A DNA stretch of 64,000 bases from Dehalococcoidales bacterium (GTDB lineage: Bacteria > Chloroflexota > Dehalococcoidia > Dehalococcoidales > RBG-16-60-22): NCBI GenBank assembly GCA_034430375.1, contig DAOUER010000001.1:5760-69759 (forward strand). Reading direction: 5' to 3'. This document shows positions 1-11,269 of the stretch, in pieces. Made by a program: the position numbers and the translations under genes. The notes under the pieces are model-generated. The model was not told the DNA's origin. It searched no databases and saw nothing but the letters and a program-made list of their open reading frames with translations. Position 1 is the stretch's first letter. Each line of letters opens with the position of its first letter.

Positions 1-3000
1 TCGTCTTTTTCATCTCCGGACTCTTCAAGTTCCGACGGTTCTTCGTCTTCTGCTTCGCCTTCTTCTTCCTCGCCTACCTTCGGGCCGATGCTATCGAGTC
101 CATCCAGACTGGCGATGAGCCTTTGTACTTCATCATCTTCATCACCGGCCAGCAGGCTCAGTCCTTCCTCGTCTGCCCGGTCGGTTATCAATTCCGTAAT
201 CGTGTCATCGGGCAGGTAGCGGGCCGGTATAAGCTTACCGATAATGACGTTTTCCTTGAGGCCTACCAGTCTATCTACCTTGCCGTGTACAGCGGCTTCG
301 GTAAGGATACGGGTGGTCTCCTGGAAGGATGCGGCCGCCAGCCAGCTTTCTGTGGAGAGTGAAGCCCGGGTAATGCCGAGTAATACGGTATGGGCCGTAG
401 CTGGTTCGCCGCCTTCGGCGAGTACCTTGGCGTTGGTATCTTCATAGTTATATTTGTCCACCAGTTCATCAGGAACCAGGTCGGTATCACCGGCGGAATC
501 AATCCTGACTTTGGTCAGCATCTGGTGACCGATAACCTCAATGTGCTTGTCGTTGATGGTCACACCCTGCGAGCGATACACCATCTGTACTTCGTCAACC
601 AGGTACTGCTGCACGGCTTCCTTGCCGAGAATCCGCAAGATATCATGTGGATTTACAGAGCCGTCGGTCAGTTGCTGTCCGGCTTTTACCTCCTGGTCGT
701 TTTTCACCCAGATGCTGGCGCTGGAGGTAACCACGTATTCGCGCTCTTCTCGCTCCGCGTAGCTTATCACCAACTGCTTCTTTTTAACGGAAACCTCTCC
801 GGCAAACCGGGCGACCAGAGGCTGGACTTCCGGTACTTCAGCGGCTTTTTTCTTCGCGGTCGGTTTCTTTTCGGGCGGGGAGGCGAGTACCGTACCGATA
901 TCCACCCACTGACCGCTCTTCACCGCTACCTTCCAGCCGGTAGGCAGGGCGTAGTCGTCCTGATAGACTTCGGTGTTGATTATCTTGATGCGCCGGCCTT
1001 CCTCGTCCTGAACGACTTCAGCCGTACCGTCGATTTCCGAGATGATGGCCTGGCCTTTGGGTGTCCTGGCTTCAAAGAGCTCCTCTACCCTGGGCAGACC
1101 GCTGGTGATGTCAAGCCCGACTACACCGCCGGTATGGAAGGTGCGCAGGGTGAGTTGAGTGCCGGGTTCGCCGATACTTTCAGCAGCAATGATGCCCACG
1201 GCAACATTAGGGCTTACCAGTTCTCCACGGGCCAGGTCCCGGCCGTAGCAGTATTGACAGGTGCCGCGCCGTGATTGGCAGGTAAGCGGGGTACGAGCGT
1301 AGACCGATTTGATACCGGCGGCGACAATTTCCTCGACCTTGCCCTCAGTGAATTCCTCATTTTGTTCCAGGATAATTTCTCCGGTGTCCGGGTGGGCTAC
1401 CGGGCTGGCTGCCATACGCCCGATAATGCGTTCGGTAAACGATGGCAGCAAGTTATTTTCTTTCTGTTCGGATATCCATACGCCGTCGATAGTACCGCAA
1501 TCTTCTTCCACGGTAATAACGTCCTGGGCGACATCGATAAGGCGCCGGGTGAGGTAACCGCTATCCGATGTCCGCAGGGCGGTATCGGCCAGACCTTTAC
1601 GGGCGCCGTGGGTACTGATGAAATATTCCAGGATACTGTGACCTTCACGGAGACTCGACTTTATAGGGAACTCGATGATTTTACCGGACGGGTCGTTCAT
1701 CAGACCGCGCATGCCGGCCATCTGCCTTATCTGGGAGATGTTACCCTTGGCGCCGGAGGTAGCCATCATGTAGATGCCGCCGTAGCGGTCGAGATTGTTT
1801 TGAATAGTGCGGGTAATATCGTCGGTGGTCTGCATCCATATACCGACGACTCCATTGTAGCGCTCTTCTTCGGTAATCAACCCGCGATGATACTGGTCTT
1901 CAATAGTGGCTACTCTCTTTTCGGCCTCTTCAAGCATTTCAGGTTTGTTTCGCGGGACTTCAATATCGTTCATAGCAATGGTGATTCCGGATTTGGAGGC
2001 GTAATGGAAGCCAAGTTGCTTGATTTCGTCCAGTATCTTGCCGGTTTCTTCGTCGGGCAACACCCGGGTACATTCGGTAGCGATTTGTTTGAGGATAGTT
2101 TTATCAATCACCTTATTAAAATAGCCCAGTTCCCGGGGTAATATTTCATTAAACACTATCCGGCCGACACTGGTGGAGAGAATCTCGTTCTTTTCTGGAT
2201 TATTGACTTTTATTTCTTCCCTCAAGTTGATAATACCGAATTCGTAGGCCAGTTTAGCCTCGGAGAAATTGCTGTATACCTTGCCGTTCTCATCACCTTG
2301 CTGACGGATGCTGGTGAGATAATAGCAACCGAGTACCATATCCAGAGTGGGGGTGACGGTGGGATCGCCGCTGCTGGGAAGCAGGATATTGTGGTGACTC
2401 ATCATCATTTCCCGGGCTTCTTTAACGGCGGCCTTGGATAACGGTACGTGAACGGCCATCTGGTCGCCGTCGAAATCGGCATTGAAAGCCGAACAGACCA
2501 GCGGGTGGATCTGGATAGCGCTGCCGTCAATAAGCACCGGCTCAAAAGCCTGGATGCTGAGTCGGTGCAGCGTCGGGGCGCGGTTAAGCAGTACCGGACG
2601 TTCTTTAATCACATTTTCTAGTATATCGTATACCTCGGCCTTGGCTCTTTCCACCAGCCGGCGGGCGCTCTTGATATTGGGAGCCAAACCCTGGGCTACC
2701 AGGCGACGCATCACAAACGGCTTGAAAAGTTCTAACGCCATGCGACGTGGCAGACCGCACTGGTGCAGCTTTAGCTCCGGACCGCAGACGATTACGGAGC
2801 GACCGCTATAATCGACCCTTTTACCGAGCAGGTTCTGGCGAAAGCGTCCCTGCTTGCCGCGGAGCATATCGGAAAGCGATTTCAGCTTATGGTTGCCGCT
2901 GATAGAGATAGCTCTACCTCTTCTCCCGTTATCGATAAGTGAATCGACGGCTTCCTGGAGCATGCGTTTTTCGTTGCGGATGATGATGGTGGGCGCGCCG

Positions 3001-4022
3001 ATATCGATAAGATGGCGGAGTCGATTATTACGGTTGATAACCCTCCGGTAGAGGTCGTTGAGGTCGGAGGTAGCGAACCTGCCGCCGTCCAGCTGTACCA
3101 TCGGTCTCAGGTCGGGCGGCAGGACCGGCAGCACGGTAAGAATCATCCATTCCGGCCTGTTGCCGCTATTGCGGAAAGCCTCCACAACCCGCAGCTGCTT
3201 GCTGGCTTTCTTACGTCTCTGTCCGGAGGAAGACTGCGTTTCCTGGAGCAGGCTGTTGCGTAATTCGTTCAGGTCTATATTCTTAATGATCTGTAAGATA
3301 GCCTCGGCACCCATGCCGGCTTCGAAAACCTCGCCGTATTTATCCTTCAGGTCGTGATACTGGTTCTCGGTGAGGATCTTTTTTACCTGGATATCTTTAA
3401 GTTGCTCGATATCATTGGTGATATGTTCTTCAAGTTTGGTTTTCTCTTCGACAAATTCTTCACGGAGCCGGTTTATCTCTTCGACGGTAGCTTTATCCTG
3501 TTCCGACTGGGCGATTTTTTCTTCCAGGGTATTCTGCCGGGCGGTAATGTCCAGCTCGGACTGTTCATCCAATAGCTTGATGGCTTCGTCTCGGGCTTCT
3601 TCATCGATGGTGGTGACGATGTATTGGGAGAAGTAAAGCACGTGTTCCAGGCTTCGCGGGGAGAGGTCCAACAGTAAGCCAAGTCGACTGGGAATACCCT
3701 TGGCGAACCAGATATGGCTCACCGGGCAGGCCAGTTCGATATGCCCCATGCGCTCACGGCGTACCTTGGCGCGGGCCACTTCTACACCGCATTTATCACA
3801 GATAACGCCCTTGTAACGGATTCTCTTGTACTTGCCGCAATAACATTCGAAATCCTTGGTAGGACCGAAAATTCTTTCGCAAAAGAGGCCATCCCTCTCC
3901 GGTTTCAGGGTGCGGTAGTTGATCGTCTCCGGCTTGGTAACGTCGCCGTATGACCAGCTCCTGATTTGCTCCGGTGAAGCCAGGGATATGCGGACAGCGT
4001 CAAAATCATTAATTTCAAACAT
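1..4022 (-). CDS. rpoC: DNA-directed RNA polymerase subunit beta-prime (N-terminal ~1340 codons; C-terminus runs off the left edge)
   Basis: Absent from the ORF track because it is open to the window edge. The reverse complement from ATG 4022-4020 reads [82 protein letters not shown], the canonical beta-prime N-terminus with its Zn motif. A spot check at 2346-2399 in the same frame gives [18 protein letters not shown]. The frame is still open at position 3, reading an acidic ...[20 protein letters not shown] tail. The plus-strand ORFs at 123-3953 are antisense shadows. The start overlaps the rpoB stop by 8 nt (ATGTTTGA). Confidence 0.96.
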   Translation of the reverse strand, partial: MFEINDFDAVRISLASPEQIRSWSYGDVTKPETINYRTLKPERDGLFCERIFGPTKDFECYCGKYKRIRYKGVICDKCGVEVARAKVRRERMGHIELACPVSHIWFAKGIPSRLGLLLDLSPRSLEHVLYFSQYIVTTIDEEARDEAIKLLDEQSELDITARQNTLEEKIAQSEQDKATVEEINRLREEFVEEKTKLEEHITNDIEQLKDIQVKKILTENQYHDLKDKYGEVFEAGMGAEAILQIIKNIDLNELRNSLLQETQSSSGQRRKKASKQLRVVEAFRNSGNRPEWMILTVLPVLPPDLRPMVQLDGGRFATSDLNDLYRRVINRNNRLRHLIDIGAPTIIIRNEKRMLQEAVDSLIDNGRRGRAISISGNHKLKSLSDMLRGKQGRFRQNLLGKRVDYSGRSVIVCGPELKLHQCGLPRRMALELFKPFVMRRLVAQGLAPNIKSARRLVERAKAEVYDILENVIKERPVLLNRAPTLHRLSIQAFEPVLIDGSAIQIHPLVCSAFNADFDGDQMAVHVPLSKAAVKEAREMMMSHHNILLPSSGDPTVTPTLDMVLGCYYLTSIRQQGDENGKVYSNFSEAKLAYEFGIINLREEIKVNNPEKNEILSTSVGRIVFNEILPRELGYFNKVIDKTILKQIATECTRVLPDEETGKILDEIKQLGFHYASKSGITIAMNDIEVPRNKPEMLEEAEKRVATIEDQYHRGLITEEERYNGVVGIWMQTTDDITRTIQNNLDRYGGIYMMATSGAKGNISQIRQMAGMRGLMNDPSGKIIEFPIKSSLREGHSILEYFISTHGARKGLADTALRTSDSGYLTRRLIDVAQDVITVEEDCGTIDGVWISEQKENNLLPSFTERIIGRMAASPVAHPDTGEIILEQNEEFTEGKVEEIVAAGIKSVYARTPLTCQSRRGTCQYCYGRDLARGELVSPNVAVGIIAAESIGEPGTQLTLRTFHTGGVVGLDITSGLPRVEELFEARTPKGQAIISEIDGTAEVVQDEEGRRIKIINTEVYQDDYALPTGWKVAVKSGQWVDIGTVLASPPEKKPTAKKKAAEVPEVQPLVARFAGEVSVKKKQLVISYAEREEREYVVTSSASIWVKNDQEVKAGQQLTDGSVNPHDILRILGKEAVQQYLVDEVQMVYRSQGVTINDKHIEVIGHQMLTKVRIDSAGDTDLVPDELVDKYNYEDTNAKVLAEGGEPATAHTVLLGITRASLSTESWLAAASFQETTRILTEAAVHGKVDRLVGLKENVIIGKLIPARYLPDDTITELITDRADEEGLSLLAGDEDDEVQRLIASLDGLDSIGPKVGEEEEGEAEDEEPSELEESGDEKD

Positions 4023-7000
4023 CGTCTTCTTCCTCTTTCAATTGTGGTTCAGCAACATCCGTTTTCTCTGTCTCGGTATCTGCCTCTAACACCGTTTCTG
4101 TCTCCGCGGCTGCTTCCGTTTCTGCGGTTTTTTCTTCTACCGGGGCAGTCTCTGTTTCCGTAGCTATTTCTGCGGTTTTTTCTTCTGCCGGGGCCGTTAC
4201 CGGTTCGGTGACTATTTCTGCCGTTGATTCGGTACCGGTTTCCGTATCCGTAGTTTCTTCTGCCTCTGGGGCTGTCCCGGTATCCGTATCTATCTCAGTT
4301 TCCAAACCCAGGACATCTTCAATGGCGTCCTCGGGGGGAACGATACTCGTCTCATCTTCTTCGTTGATAACTTCCAGCGCCAGACCCAGGCTTTGCAGTT
4401 CTTTGACAAGTACTTTAAATGATTCCGGTACGCCGGGCTGGAGGATATCATCGCCCTTGATAATGGATTCGTAGGCCTTGGCGCGTCCGGTAACATCGTC
4501 GGACTTAATCGTCAGCATTTCCTGGAGGTTATGAGCGGCGCCGTAGGCTTCCAGCGCCCAGACCTCCATCTCACCGAAGCGCTGTCCGCCGAACTGGGCT
4601 TTACCGCCGAGGGGCTGCTGGGTAATCAGCGAGTAAGGGCCGGTAGAGCGGGCGTGTACCTTATCTTCTACCAGGTGTATGAGTTTCATCATATAAATAT
4701 TACCGACCGTCACCGGCTGGTCGAAAGCTTCGCCGGTACGCCCGTCACGGAGGATTACCTTACCATAGGTCGGCGGGGCGAATCTGCCTTCGGCATTGAC
4801 CTTCTCTACCACCCGTTCCAGTTCTTCGGCAGGGAGTTTTTTGCTGGAAATATTAAGGTCTTCCAGCCAGAGACGTAGACCAATCTCCCTGGCCTTGCCA
4901 TGCAGGGTATCATCGAAAACATCCTCACCACTATAGCCCTGGTTCTTTACCCATTCCCTGGCAATATCCAGGTCAACCTTCATGGCGCCCTTGCCGCCGT
5001 TATTTTTTACCACCCCGGCTTTCTGTACTATCCAGGCGCGGCAGAGGGCATCCTCGATAGCGGTATCATCGGCCCCGTCAAACACCGGTGTGAGGGTCCG
5101 GAAGCCGAGTATCTGCGATGCCCAGCCGAGATGTGTTTCCAGTACCTGGCCGATGTTCATTCTGGAAGGCACGCCAATGGGGTCGAGGATGATATCGACC
5201 GGGGTACCGTCAGGCAGGAAAGGCATATCTTCCTTGGGGGCGATGAGGGAGATAACACCCTTGTTGCCGTGTCTGCCGGCCAGCTTGTCACCCACCGAGA
5301 CACGACGCTTCTGGGCTATCCAGACCTGTACCCACTGGTTGACGCCGGCGGGTAAGTCATCACCACTGCTTTTACTATCTTTACGGGTATAGACTTTAAC
5401 GTTGATTACCTTTCCCCATTCGCCGTGGGGTACTCGTAAGGAGGTATCCTTAACTTCCCGGGCTTTCTCACCGAATATAGCCCGCAGCAGTTTCTCCTCC
5501 GCGGATAACTCGGTTTCACCTTTGGGGGTGATTTTACCTACCAGGGTATCATCGGGACGGACCTCGGCCCCGATGCGGATAATCCCGTTTTCATCTAGTT
5601 CCCGCAGGCTTTCTTCACCTACATTGGGTATATCCCGCGTTATTTCTTCAGGACCCAGCTTGGTATCACGGGCTTCCACCTCATGCTTGGTGATGTGGAT
5701 CGAGGTGAACTTATCATCTTCTACCAGGCGACTGCTGAGAATAATGGCATCCTCGAAGTTATAGCCCTCCCAGCTCATGAAAGCGCATAGTACGTTTTGT
5801 CCCAGTGCCAGTTCACCGTTTTCCGTCGCCGAGCTGTCGGCCAGGACCTGATCGACGGTCACGCGGTCGCCTTTATTCACCAGGGGGTGCTGGTTAATAC
5901 ACGTGCCCTGGTTGGTCCTGACGAATTTCATTAATTCGTATTCGTCTTCACTGCCATTGTCCCGCTTGATTACGATGCGGTACTTGGGATTTTTCTCTTC
6001 CAGGTCACTGCTGGATAATTCCGTCACAACACCCGCGTTTTTGGCGAAGATTACCTGGCTACTGTGCTTGGCAGCTTCAGCTTCCATACCGGTAGCGACC
6101 CAAGGTGCTTCGGGAAGTAGCAAAGGCACCGCCTGGCGTTGCATGTTAGCGCCCATCAATGCCCGGTTGGCGTCGTTGTGTTCCAGGAACGGGGTTAGAG
6201 CGGTCGCTACACTGACCACCTGTTTCGGCGAAACGTCCATTAACTGGAGGTTATCCGGCGTCTCCATGGTATAACCTTCAGCTTTTCTGGCTTCAATTCT
6301 CTTTTCCAGGAATTGAAAGTTTTCATCGAGGGGGGCGTTAGCCTGGGCAATGGTATATTTATCTTCTTCATCAGCCGGTAGATAAATAATCTCATCGGAG
6401 ACAAAGGGTATTACCTTAATGATTTTGTTCCTGATTTTGCTCAGCTTGTCAGCGAGCTGCGGCGTGATTACCTCTTCGGCTTTGGCTATAACGGTCTTTT
6501 TGGAATCGACGACATCTTCGCGGATGGTCTTACCGGCAAGCCGGTCGTCATTGCTTTTCAGTTCGTGAAGAACCCTGCGGTAGGGTGTTTCTATAAATCC
6601 ATATTCGTTGATAATACTATATGTTGCCAGAGAGCCGATAAGTCCGATATTGGGTCCCTCCGGTGTTTCGATAGGGCAGATTCTGCCGTAATGGGAGAAG
6701 TGAACGTCGCGGACTTCAAATCCGGCACGGTCGCGGGAAAGACCTCCTGGGCCCATGGCCGAAAGGCGGCGTTTGTGCGTAAGTTCGGCCAGAGGGTTGG
6801 TCTGGTCCATGAACTGCGATAACTGAGAACCCCCGAAAAACTCCCTGACGGCGGCGACGATAGGGCGGATATTAACCAGGGCGCTCGGGGTAATGGCCTC
6901 GGTGCCGATAATGCTCATGCGTTCCCGGACTACCTGTTCCAGGCGCAGGAAGCCGATGCGGAACTGCGTTTGCACCAGTTCACCGATAGTGCGTACCCGC

Positions 7001-7998
7001 CGGTTACCCAGGTGATCGATATCATCGGCATTATCCTTGCCGGCGTTAATCAGCATTATATGCCTGATTATCTCGATAATATCATCTTTAGTTAAGGTAC
7101 GGTTTTTCAGGTCTACGTCAACACCCAGGCGTTTATTAAGTTTATAGCGGCCCACGGTTCCCAGGTCATAACGCGCGGCGTCGAAGAACAAGCTGTTCAT
7201 CCACTTCCGGGCATTATCCAGTGAAGGAAGCTCTCCCGGATGCAATTTCCGGTACATATCGAGTAAGGCTTCTTTCTCGTCCTTAATTAAGGGATCACGG
7301 TCCATAGTCGTGGCCATATAATTATGGTCGGTAAGACTATCCTCGGCCTCGAACATCTTGAGGAGTATATCATCACTGCCATAGCCCAGACCGCGTAGCA
7401 GCGTGGTGATGGGTATCTTACGTTTGCCGTCAATTTTCGCCGATAAGACGTTGCGATTGCTCGTTTCGAATTCCAGCCAGGCGCCGCGGGTCGGTATCAA
7501 TTTAGCGGAGCATAACGTCCGACCGCTGACGGGGTCTTCGTCGCAGGTAAAATACACTCCTGGAGAGCGGAGGAGCTGGCTGACGACGACTCTCTCGGCG
7601 CCGCTGGTGATGAAGGTGCCCTTGGCGGTCATCAGGGGGATATCGCCGAAGAACAGGTCTTGCTCTTTAATCTCGCCGGTATCTTTTACCAGCAATCTTA
7701 CCTTGACGTAAAGGGGAGCTGAGTAGGTGAGGTCCCTTTCGTGGCATTCCTGCTCGGAATGGCCGGGACGAGGTTCGCGGTATTCATAAGCCACGAAACT
7801 GAGTTCCAGCCGATTTCCGGTAAGGTCTTTAATCGGGGATACCTCTTCCAGCAGCTGCCGGAGACCTTCTTCTTGGAATCTCTGGAATGAATCCAGCTGG
7901 ACTTTGATAAGGTTGGGAACATCCAGCACATGCGGTAGCTTGCCGTAAGATTTTCTAGAAAGGGAAGCCGGGGTGGACGCCGTTGATGAAAAAACCAT
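4015..7998 (-). CDS. rpoB: DNA-directed RNA polymerase subunit beta, with a ~113-aa acidic Thr/Glu/Ala-rich C-terminal extension
   Basis: 1327-aa ORF with conserved beta-subunit blocks ([64 protein letters not shown]). AAGGAG lies 7 nt upstream of the ATG. Confidence 0.98.
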   Translation of the reverse strand: MVFSSTASTPASLSRKSYGKLPHVLDVPNLIKVQLDSFQRFQEEGLRQLLEEVSPIKDLTGNRLELSFVAYEYREPRPGHSEQECHERDLTYSAPLYVKVRLLVKDTGEIKEQDLFFGDIPLMTAKGTFITSGAERVVVSQLLRSPGVYFTCDEDPVSGRTLCSAKLIPTRGAWLEFETSNRNVLSAKIDGKRKIPITTLLRGLGYGSDDILLKMFEAEDSLTDHNYMATTMDRDPLIKDEKEALLDMYRKLHPGELPSLDNARKWMNSLFFDAARYDLGTVGRYKLNKRLGVDVDLKNRTLTKDDIIEIIRHIMLINAGKDNADDIDHLGNRRVRTIGELVQTQFRIGFLRLEQVVRERMSIIGTEAITPSALVNIRPIVAAVREFFGGSQLSQFMDQTNPLAELTHKRRLSAMGPGGLSRDRAGFEVRDVHFSHYGRICPIETPEGPNIGLIGSLATYSIINEYGFIETPYRRVLHELKSNDDRLAGKTIREDVVDSKKTVIAKAEEVITPQLADKLSKIRNKIIKVIPFVSDEIIYLPADEEDKYTIAQANAPLDENFQFLEKRIEARKAEGYTMETPDNLQLMDVSPKQVVSVATALTPFLEHNDANRALMGANMQRQAVPLLLPEAPWVATGMEAEAAKHSSQVIFAKNAGVVTELSSSDLEEKNPKYRIVIKRDNGSEDEYELMKFVRTNQGTCINQHPLVNKGDRVTVDQVLADSSATENGELALGQNVLCAFMSWEGYNFEDAIILSSRLVEDDKFTSIHITKHEVEARDTKLGPEEITRDIPNVGEESLRELDENGIIRIGAEVRPDDTLVGKITPKGETELSAEEKLLRAIFGEKAREVKDTSLRVPHGEWGKVINVKVYTRKDSKSSGDDLPAGVNQWVQVWIAQKRRVSVGDKLAGRHGNKGVISLIAPKEDMPFLPDGTPVDIILDPIGVPSRMNIGQVLETHLGWASQILGFRTLTPVFDGADDTAIEDALCRAWIVQKAGVVKNNGGKGAMKVDLDIAREWVKNQGYSGEDVFDDTLHGKAREIGLRLWLEDLNISSKKLPAEELERVVEKVNAEGRFAPPTYGKVILRDGRTGEAFDQPVTVGNIYMMKLIHLVEDKVHARSTGPYSLITQQPLGGKAQFGGQRFGEMEVWALEAYGAAHNLQEMLTIKSDDVTGRAKAYESIIKGDDILQPGVPESFKVLVKELQSLGLALEVINEEDETSIVPPEDAIEDVLGLETEIDTDTGTAPEAEETTDTETGTESTAEIVTEPVTAPAEEKTAEIATETETAPVEEKTAETEAAAETETVLEADTETEKTDVAEPQLKEEEDDV
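4119..4214. repeat. 48-nt tandem duplication inside the rpoB tail
   Basis: tttctgcggttttttcttct[a/g]ccgggg occurs at 4119-4146 and again at 4167-4194. It encodes the repeated ...APxEEKTAE... units. Confidence 0.7.
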
Positions 7999-8157
7999 CG
8001 ATACTCCTTAGATAAGCACACATAATTCCTGCGTCGTTATTGTCTAACTAATTCTTATGAAGATATACATGCGTATAGCTACACGCAGTCATACAACGGA
8101 TAGATATACATCTTGGTGGGTAGAATAAACAACACTTGGGGCATTATTACAGTTAAA

Positions 8158-8186
8158 AATATACCATTACAACAACGTTTTGTCAA
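8158..8186 (-). promoter_or_regulatory. candidate sigma70-type promoter upstream of rpoB
   Basis: On the minus strand: TTGACA (8186-8181), a 17-nt spacer, then TATATT (8163-8158). This lies about 150 nt upstream of the rpoB ATG in an AT-rich intergenic region. Confidence 0.4.
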
Positions 8187-8269
8187 GTTAAATAGCTATA
8201 ATTTTTGGTTATTTTCTTGTCTTTAGGGTATATTGGTGTTTTTATTAGTTCATAATACTGGTATCTCCC

Positions 8270-8278
8270 TGCTATAAT
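8270..8278 (+). promoter_or_regulatory. extended -10 promoter (TGcTATAAT)
   Basis: ctgctataatggtggatat is almost identical to the element in front of polA (ctgctataatgtggatat, 24996-25014). The ATG at 8292 lies 13 nt after the -10. Confidence 0.5.
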
Positions 8279-8291
8279 GGTGGATATAAAT

Positions 8292-8711
8292 ATGAAAAAT
8301 CGTAGATTGACAACAGCCAGGCTGTTTCTGGCCATTTTTACAACTACGCTCGAGGAGATAGCCATTTACGCCATCTGGCGCTGGGTGCTGCCCGGACTCG
8401 ATATCAATTGGCCGGTGGGCGCCCTTATCGGTATGATGGTAGCCTGGGGCATTTTCAGTGTGTCTCTCTTTACACTCACCACCAATATATTGAAAAAACA
8501 GGTACCCGCCGGGTTGCCGTCCATGGTGGGAACCCGGGGTAAAGCTACCAGCGTACTATCACCCGAGGGAATGGTCAAGATAAAAAGCGAGCTCTGGGCC
8601 GCCCGGTCGGATACCGGTAAGATACCGGTCGGTGCCGATATAGAGGTGGTGGGTGAAGACGGACTGAAGCTAATCGTCCGTGGTGTGGCGGAACCCGATG
8701 CTAAACATTGA
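8292..8711 (+). CDS. NfeD-family membrane protein (OB-fold C-terminal domain)
   Basis: Two or three N-terminal TM segments are followed by GTRGKATSVLSPEGMVKIKSELWAARSDTGKIPVGADIEVVGEDGLKLIV, typical of the NfeD C-terminus. The ORF-track start at 8277 overlaps the -10 hexamer, so ATG 8292 is preferred. Confidence 0.75.
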   Translation: MKNRRLTTARLFLAIFTTTLEEIAIYAIWRWVLPGLDINWPVGALIGMMVAWGIFSVSLFTLTTNILKKQVPAGLPSMVGTRGKATSVLSPEGMVKIKSELWAARSDTGKIPVGADIEVVGEDGLKLIVRGVAEPDAKH

Positions 8712-9807
8712 AGAGGAAGGTGATGACGTCACCGTCCTGGATGACATATTCTTTCCCTTCCAGGTGCAGCTGCCCCTGCTTACGGGCTTCGGACAGGCTG
8801 CCGCAGGCTACCAGGCTGTCGAAATGAATCCTTTCGGCGCGAATGAATCCTTTTTCCATGTCGGTATGTATTTTTCCGGCGGCTTTTACCGCCGTTGTAC
8901 CGCGTTTTATAGACCAGGCTCTCACCTCGTTGGAGGCGGTGGTGAAAAAGGATATAAGGTCGGATAACTCATAGGCGGTCTTTATCGTCCTTTCCAGGCC
9001 GGATTCGGTAAGACCGTACTCGGCACGGAACTCTCCGGCGGCTTCAAACCCTAACTGTGCCAGTTCCATTTCCAGCTTGCCGCAGAGCGTGATAGCGCGG
9101 GACTTATCACCGACGTAAATACCGTTCAACTCGGTTTCCAGGGATTTTGCCTCGGGCAGCTGCTCTTCACCGATATTAACCAGTATCAACAGCGGTTTGG
9201 CGGTAAGAAACTGATAGCCGGAGATAATCCTGGCGTTACATATATCGGGAGGTAATTCCCGGACAGGTTTATCTTTGTCCAGTTCCGCCTTCAAATTCAG
9301 CAGGAACTCCTTCTCATGGAGAAACGTTTGCCTTTCCGGGGCCTTGGCGCCTTTTAAAGATGCTTCGATTTTTTCCAGTCTTCTTTCCAAAATGGCCAGG
9401 TCGGAGAATATCAATTCCAGGTTTAGCGCGGCAATATCTCTTTTAACATCGATGCTGCCTTCCGGATGCGGAATGCTATCATCCTGAAAAGCCCGGGTAA
9501 CCACGATAAGGGTATCGACCGTATTAAGCTGGTTGAGCAGTTCGCCGCCGATGCCCTTATCCTGGACCAGTGTTTTCAGGGAAGCCCCCACGTCGATGTA
9601 CCGGGTCTCTACGGGGACCAGTTTTTTAGGCCGGAGCATTTCATTGAGGGTATCCAGACGCGGGTCGGGCACTTTGGAGATACCGACGTGTGGATTCAGA
9701 GCGTCAGTGGCGTGGGTTATCGTGTCGGCGGCGGCCCCGGTAAGGGCGTTGAAAACAGTGGTTTTACCGCTCTGGGTTAAACCTATAATGCCGATGTTGA
9801 TACTCAT
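8701..9807 (-). CDS. ychF: ribosome-binding ATPase YchF
   Basis: N-terminal P-loop IGIIGLTQSGKTTVFNALTG, and a TGS-like C-terminus (RAWSIKRGTTAVKAAGKIHTDMEKGFIRAE). GGGGAG RBS. Confidence 0.93.
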   Translation of the reverse strand: MSINIGIIGLTQSGKTTVFNALTGAAADTITHATDALNPHVGISKVPDPRLDTLNEMLRPKKLVPVETRYIDVGASLKTLVQDKGIGGELLNQLNTVDTLIVVTRAFQDDSIPHPEGSIDVKRDIAALNLELIFSDLAILERRLEKIEASLKGAKAPERQTFLHEKEFLLNLKAELDKDKPVRELPPDICNARIISGYQFLTAKPLLILVNIGEEQLPEAKSLETELNGIYVGDKSRAITLCGKLEMELAQLGFEAAGEFRAEYGLTESGLERTIKTAYELSDLISFFTTASNEVRAWSIKRGTTAVKAAGKIHTDMEKGFIRAERIHFDSLVACGSLSEARKQGQLHLEGKEYVIQDGDVITFLFNV

Positions 9808-9837
9808 CAGTATTTCTCCCCGACCCTGATGGGAATA

Positions 9838-10077
9838 TCAACGGCCCTTTTTGATCATTTCACGGGCTTTCTTTACCGACAGCTCTCTTTCATCGGTGGG
9901 CAGCTTATCGTTGGCCGCTAGGTGAAGGAGAATCAGCAGCGATTCATGAGTGTCCATTTGCGCCAGCTGGGTGATGGCCTGCTTTCTCATTTTCTTATCG
10001 AGTTGCATATCGACGGCGATATCGGACAGCTTTTTCAGTTCTCCTATCGGATTCAGATCCTCAAGACTTTCGGACAT
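9838..10077 (-). CDS. small helical hypothetical protein (79 aa)
   Basis: ORF with an AGAGGTGA RBS. The helical sequence looks HEAT-like. No recognisable family. Confidence 0.5.
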   Translation of the reverse strand: MSESLEDLNPIGELKKLSDIAVDMQLDKKMRKQAITQLAQMDTHESLLILLHLAANDKLPTDERELSVKKAREMIKKGR

Positions 10078-10188
10078 AACGACTCACCTCTTGGTTTTGC
10101 AAATTTCTCCTGGGGATGGTAAGACTCTCCTGGTGCGATTATTCCCTAATACAGAGGTTTTGTCAACCTTACCCGGCAGCCCCGCTTG

Positions 10189-10197
10189 TGGTAAAAT
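10189..10197 (+). promoter_or_regulatory. extended -10 element (TGgTAAAAT) upstream of holA
   Basis: tgtggtaaaatgggg lies about 32 nt before the holA TTG start. GGAG sits between them. Confidence 0.35.
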
Positions 10198-10228
10198 GGG
10201 GTAACCTTAGAACACGGAGATATGTTAA

Positions 10229-11236
10229 TTGCTACACGTGCTGATAGGCGACGATGATTTTTCCATCCGAGAAACCCTGGAGGAGATAAAAGCTACCATC
10301 GGGGATGCTGCCGCCCTCTTAACCAATACTACGGTACTCGACGGACGGCGGGTGAGTATCGAACAGCTAAAAAACGCCGCCGAGACGGTGCCGTTTCTGG
10401 CGGATAAACGCCTGGTAATCGTTGAAGGCCTCCTCAGTCGTTTTGAGTCGAACGGCAGGGCAGGCCGGAAAAAGCCGAAAAAGACCGTCGCCGAAGGTGA
10501 ATGGCGGGTTTTTTCAAATGTAGTAAAACAGCTTCCCGAATTCACCGAACTGGTAATAATCGACGGTAGAATTAACAACAGGAATCCTCTCCTGGCTGAG
10601 CTTGTAAAGATTACGCAGGTCAGGTCGTTTCCACGGCTAAAGGAATCGCAGCTCAAGCAGTGGATAAACCGGAGAGTCGATAAATCCGGCGGTACCATCG
10701 CACCGCCGGCGGTTAATGCCCTGGTGAGATTCGTTGGTAATGACCTGTGGCTGATGTTCAACGAGGTGGCCAAGCTGGTTTTATACGCGGAAGGACGCCG
10801 CATCGAAGAGGATGATGTGAAAGCGGTGGTCAGCAATGCCCAGGATGCCAGCGTTTTTACCCTGGTGGATGCGATTGTTGAGTCCCGAACCCGGATTGCC
10901 CAGGAATTACTGCAGAACCTGTTGAGGCAGGGAGCCGCGCCCACTCAATTGCTGGCGATGATATCCCGGCAGGTCAGGATAGTCTTTCAAATCAAGGAAC
11001 TGAGAAGCCTGAAAAAAACCCGGGGTGAAATACAAACCAGGCTGGGATTAACCTCCGACTTCGTCCTGCGTAAAGCATGGGAACAGGCGGATAAATACAC
11101 GCCGTCCCGGCTCAAGGAAGTATATCACCGGCTACTGGAAACGGATATAGCAATCAAGACGGGTAAATACGAAGGCGACCTGGCCCTGGATGTGCTGATA
11201 GCTGAACTGGGACAGAAACAGACCGCCCGGTCTTGA
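10229..11236 (+). CDS. holA: DNA polymerase III subunit delta
   Basis: 335 aa with delta-subunit architecture: N-terminal LIGDDDFSIRETLEEI, then FLADKRLVIVEG, then a C-terminal helical domain ending ...IAIKTGKYEGDLALDVLIAEL. Confidence 0.85.
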   Translation: MLHVLIGDDDFSIRETLEEIKATIGDAAALLTNTTVLDGRRVSIEQLKNAAETVPFLADKRLVIVEGLLSRFESNGRAGRKKPKKTVAEGEWRVFSNVVKQLPEFTELVIIDGRINNRNPLLAELVKITQVRSFPRLKESQLKQWINRRVDKSGGTIAPPAVNALVRFVGNDLWLMFNEVAKLVLYAEGRRIEEDDVKAVVSNAQDASVFTLVDAIVESRTRIAQELLQNLLRQGAAPTQLLAMISRQVRIVFQIKELRSLKKTRGEIQTRLGLTSDFVLRKAWEQADKYTPSRLKEVYHRLLETDIAIKTGKYEGDLALDVLIAELGQKQTARS

Positions 11237-11269
11237 CAAATCTATTTTATGGGATAGAGTTGTAGTAAC

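Noticed and set aside
123-3953. A series of plus-strand ORFs (for example 390-1274 at 294 aa and 1275-2141 at 288 aa) across the first 4 kb.
   Set aside because: They are antisense shadows of rpoC, which occupies the minus strand from 4022 to the window edge with unmistakable beta-prime sequence. Their translations are low-complexity and resemble no known family.
10225-10944. A 239-aa minus-strand ORF opposite holA.
   Set aside because: It is fully antisense to a well-supported holA gene. The translation is Ser/Arg-rich and typical of a shadow ORF.
11234-11262. TTGACA at the end of holA, considered as a promoter for glk.
   Set aside because: The best -10 candidate at 16-17 nt spacing (TAGAGT/AGAGTT) is weak. 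glk may simply be co-transcribed with holA.
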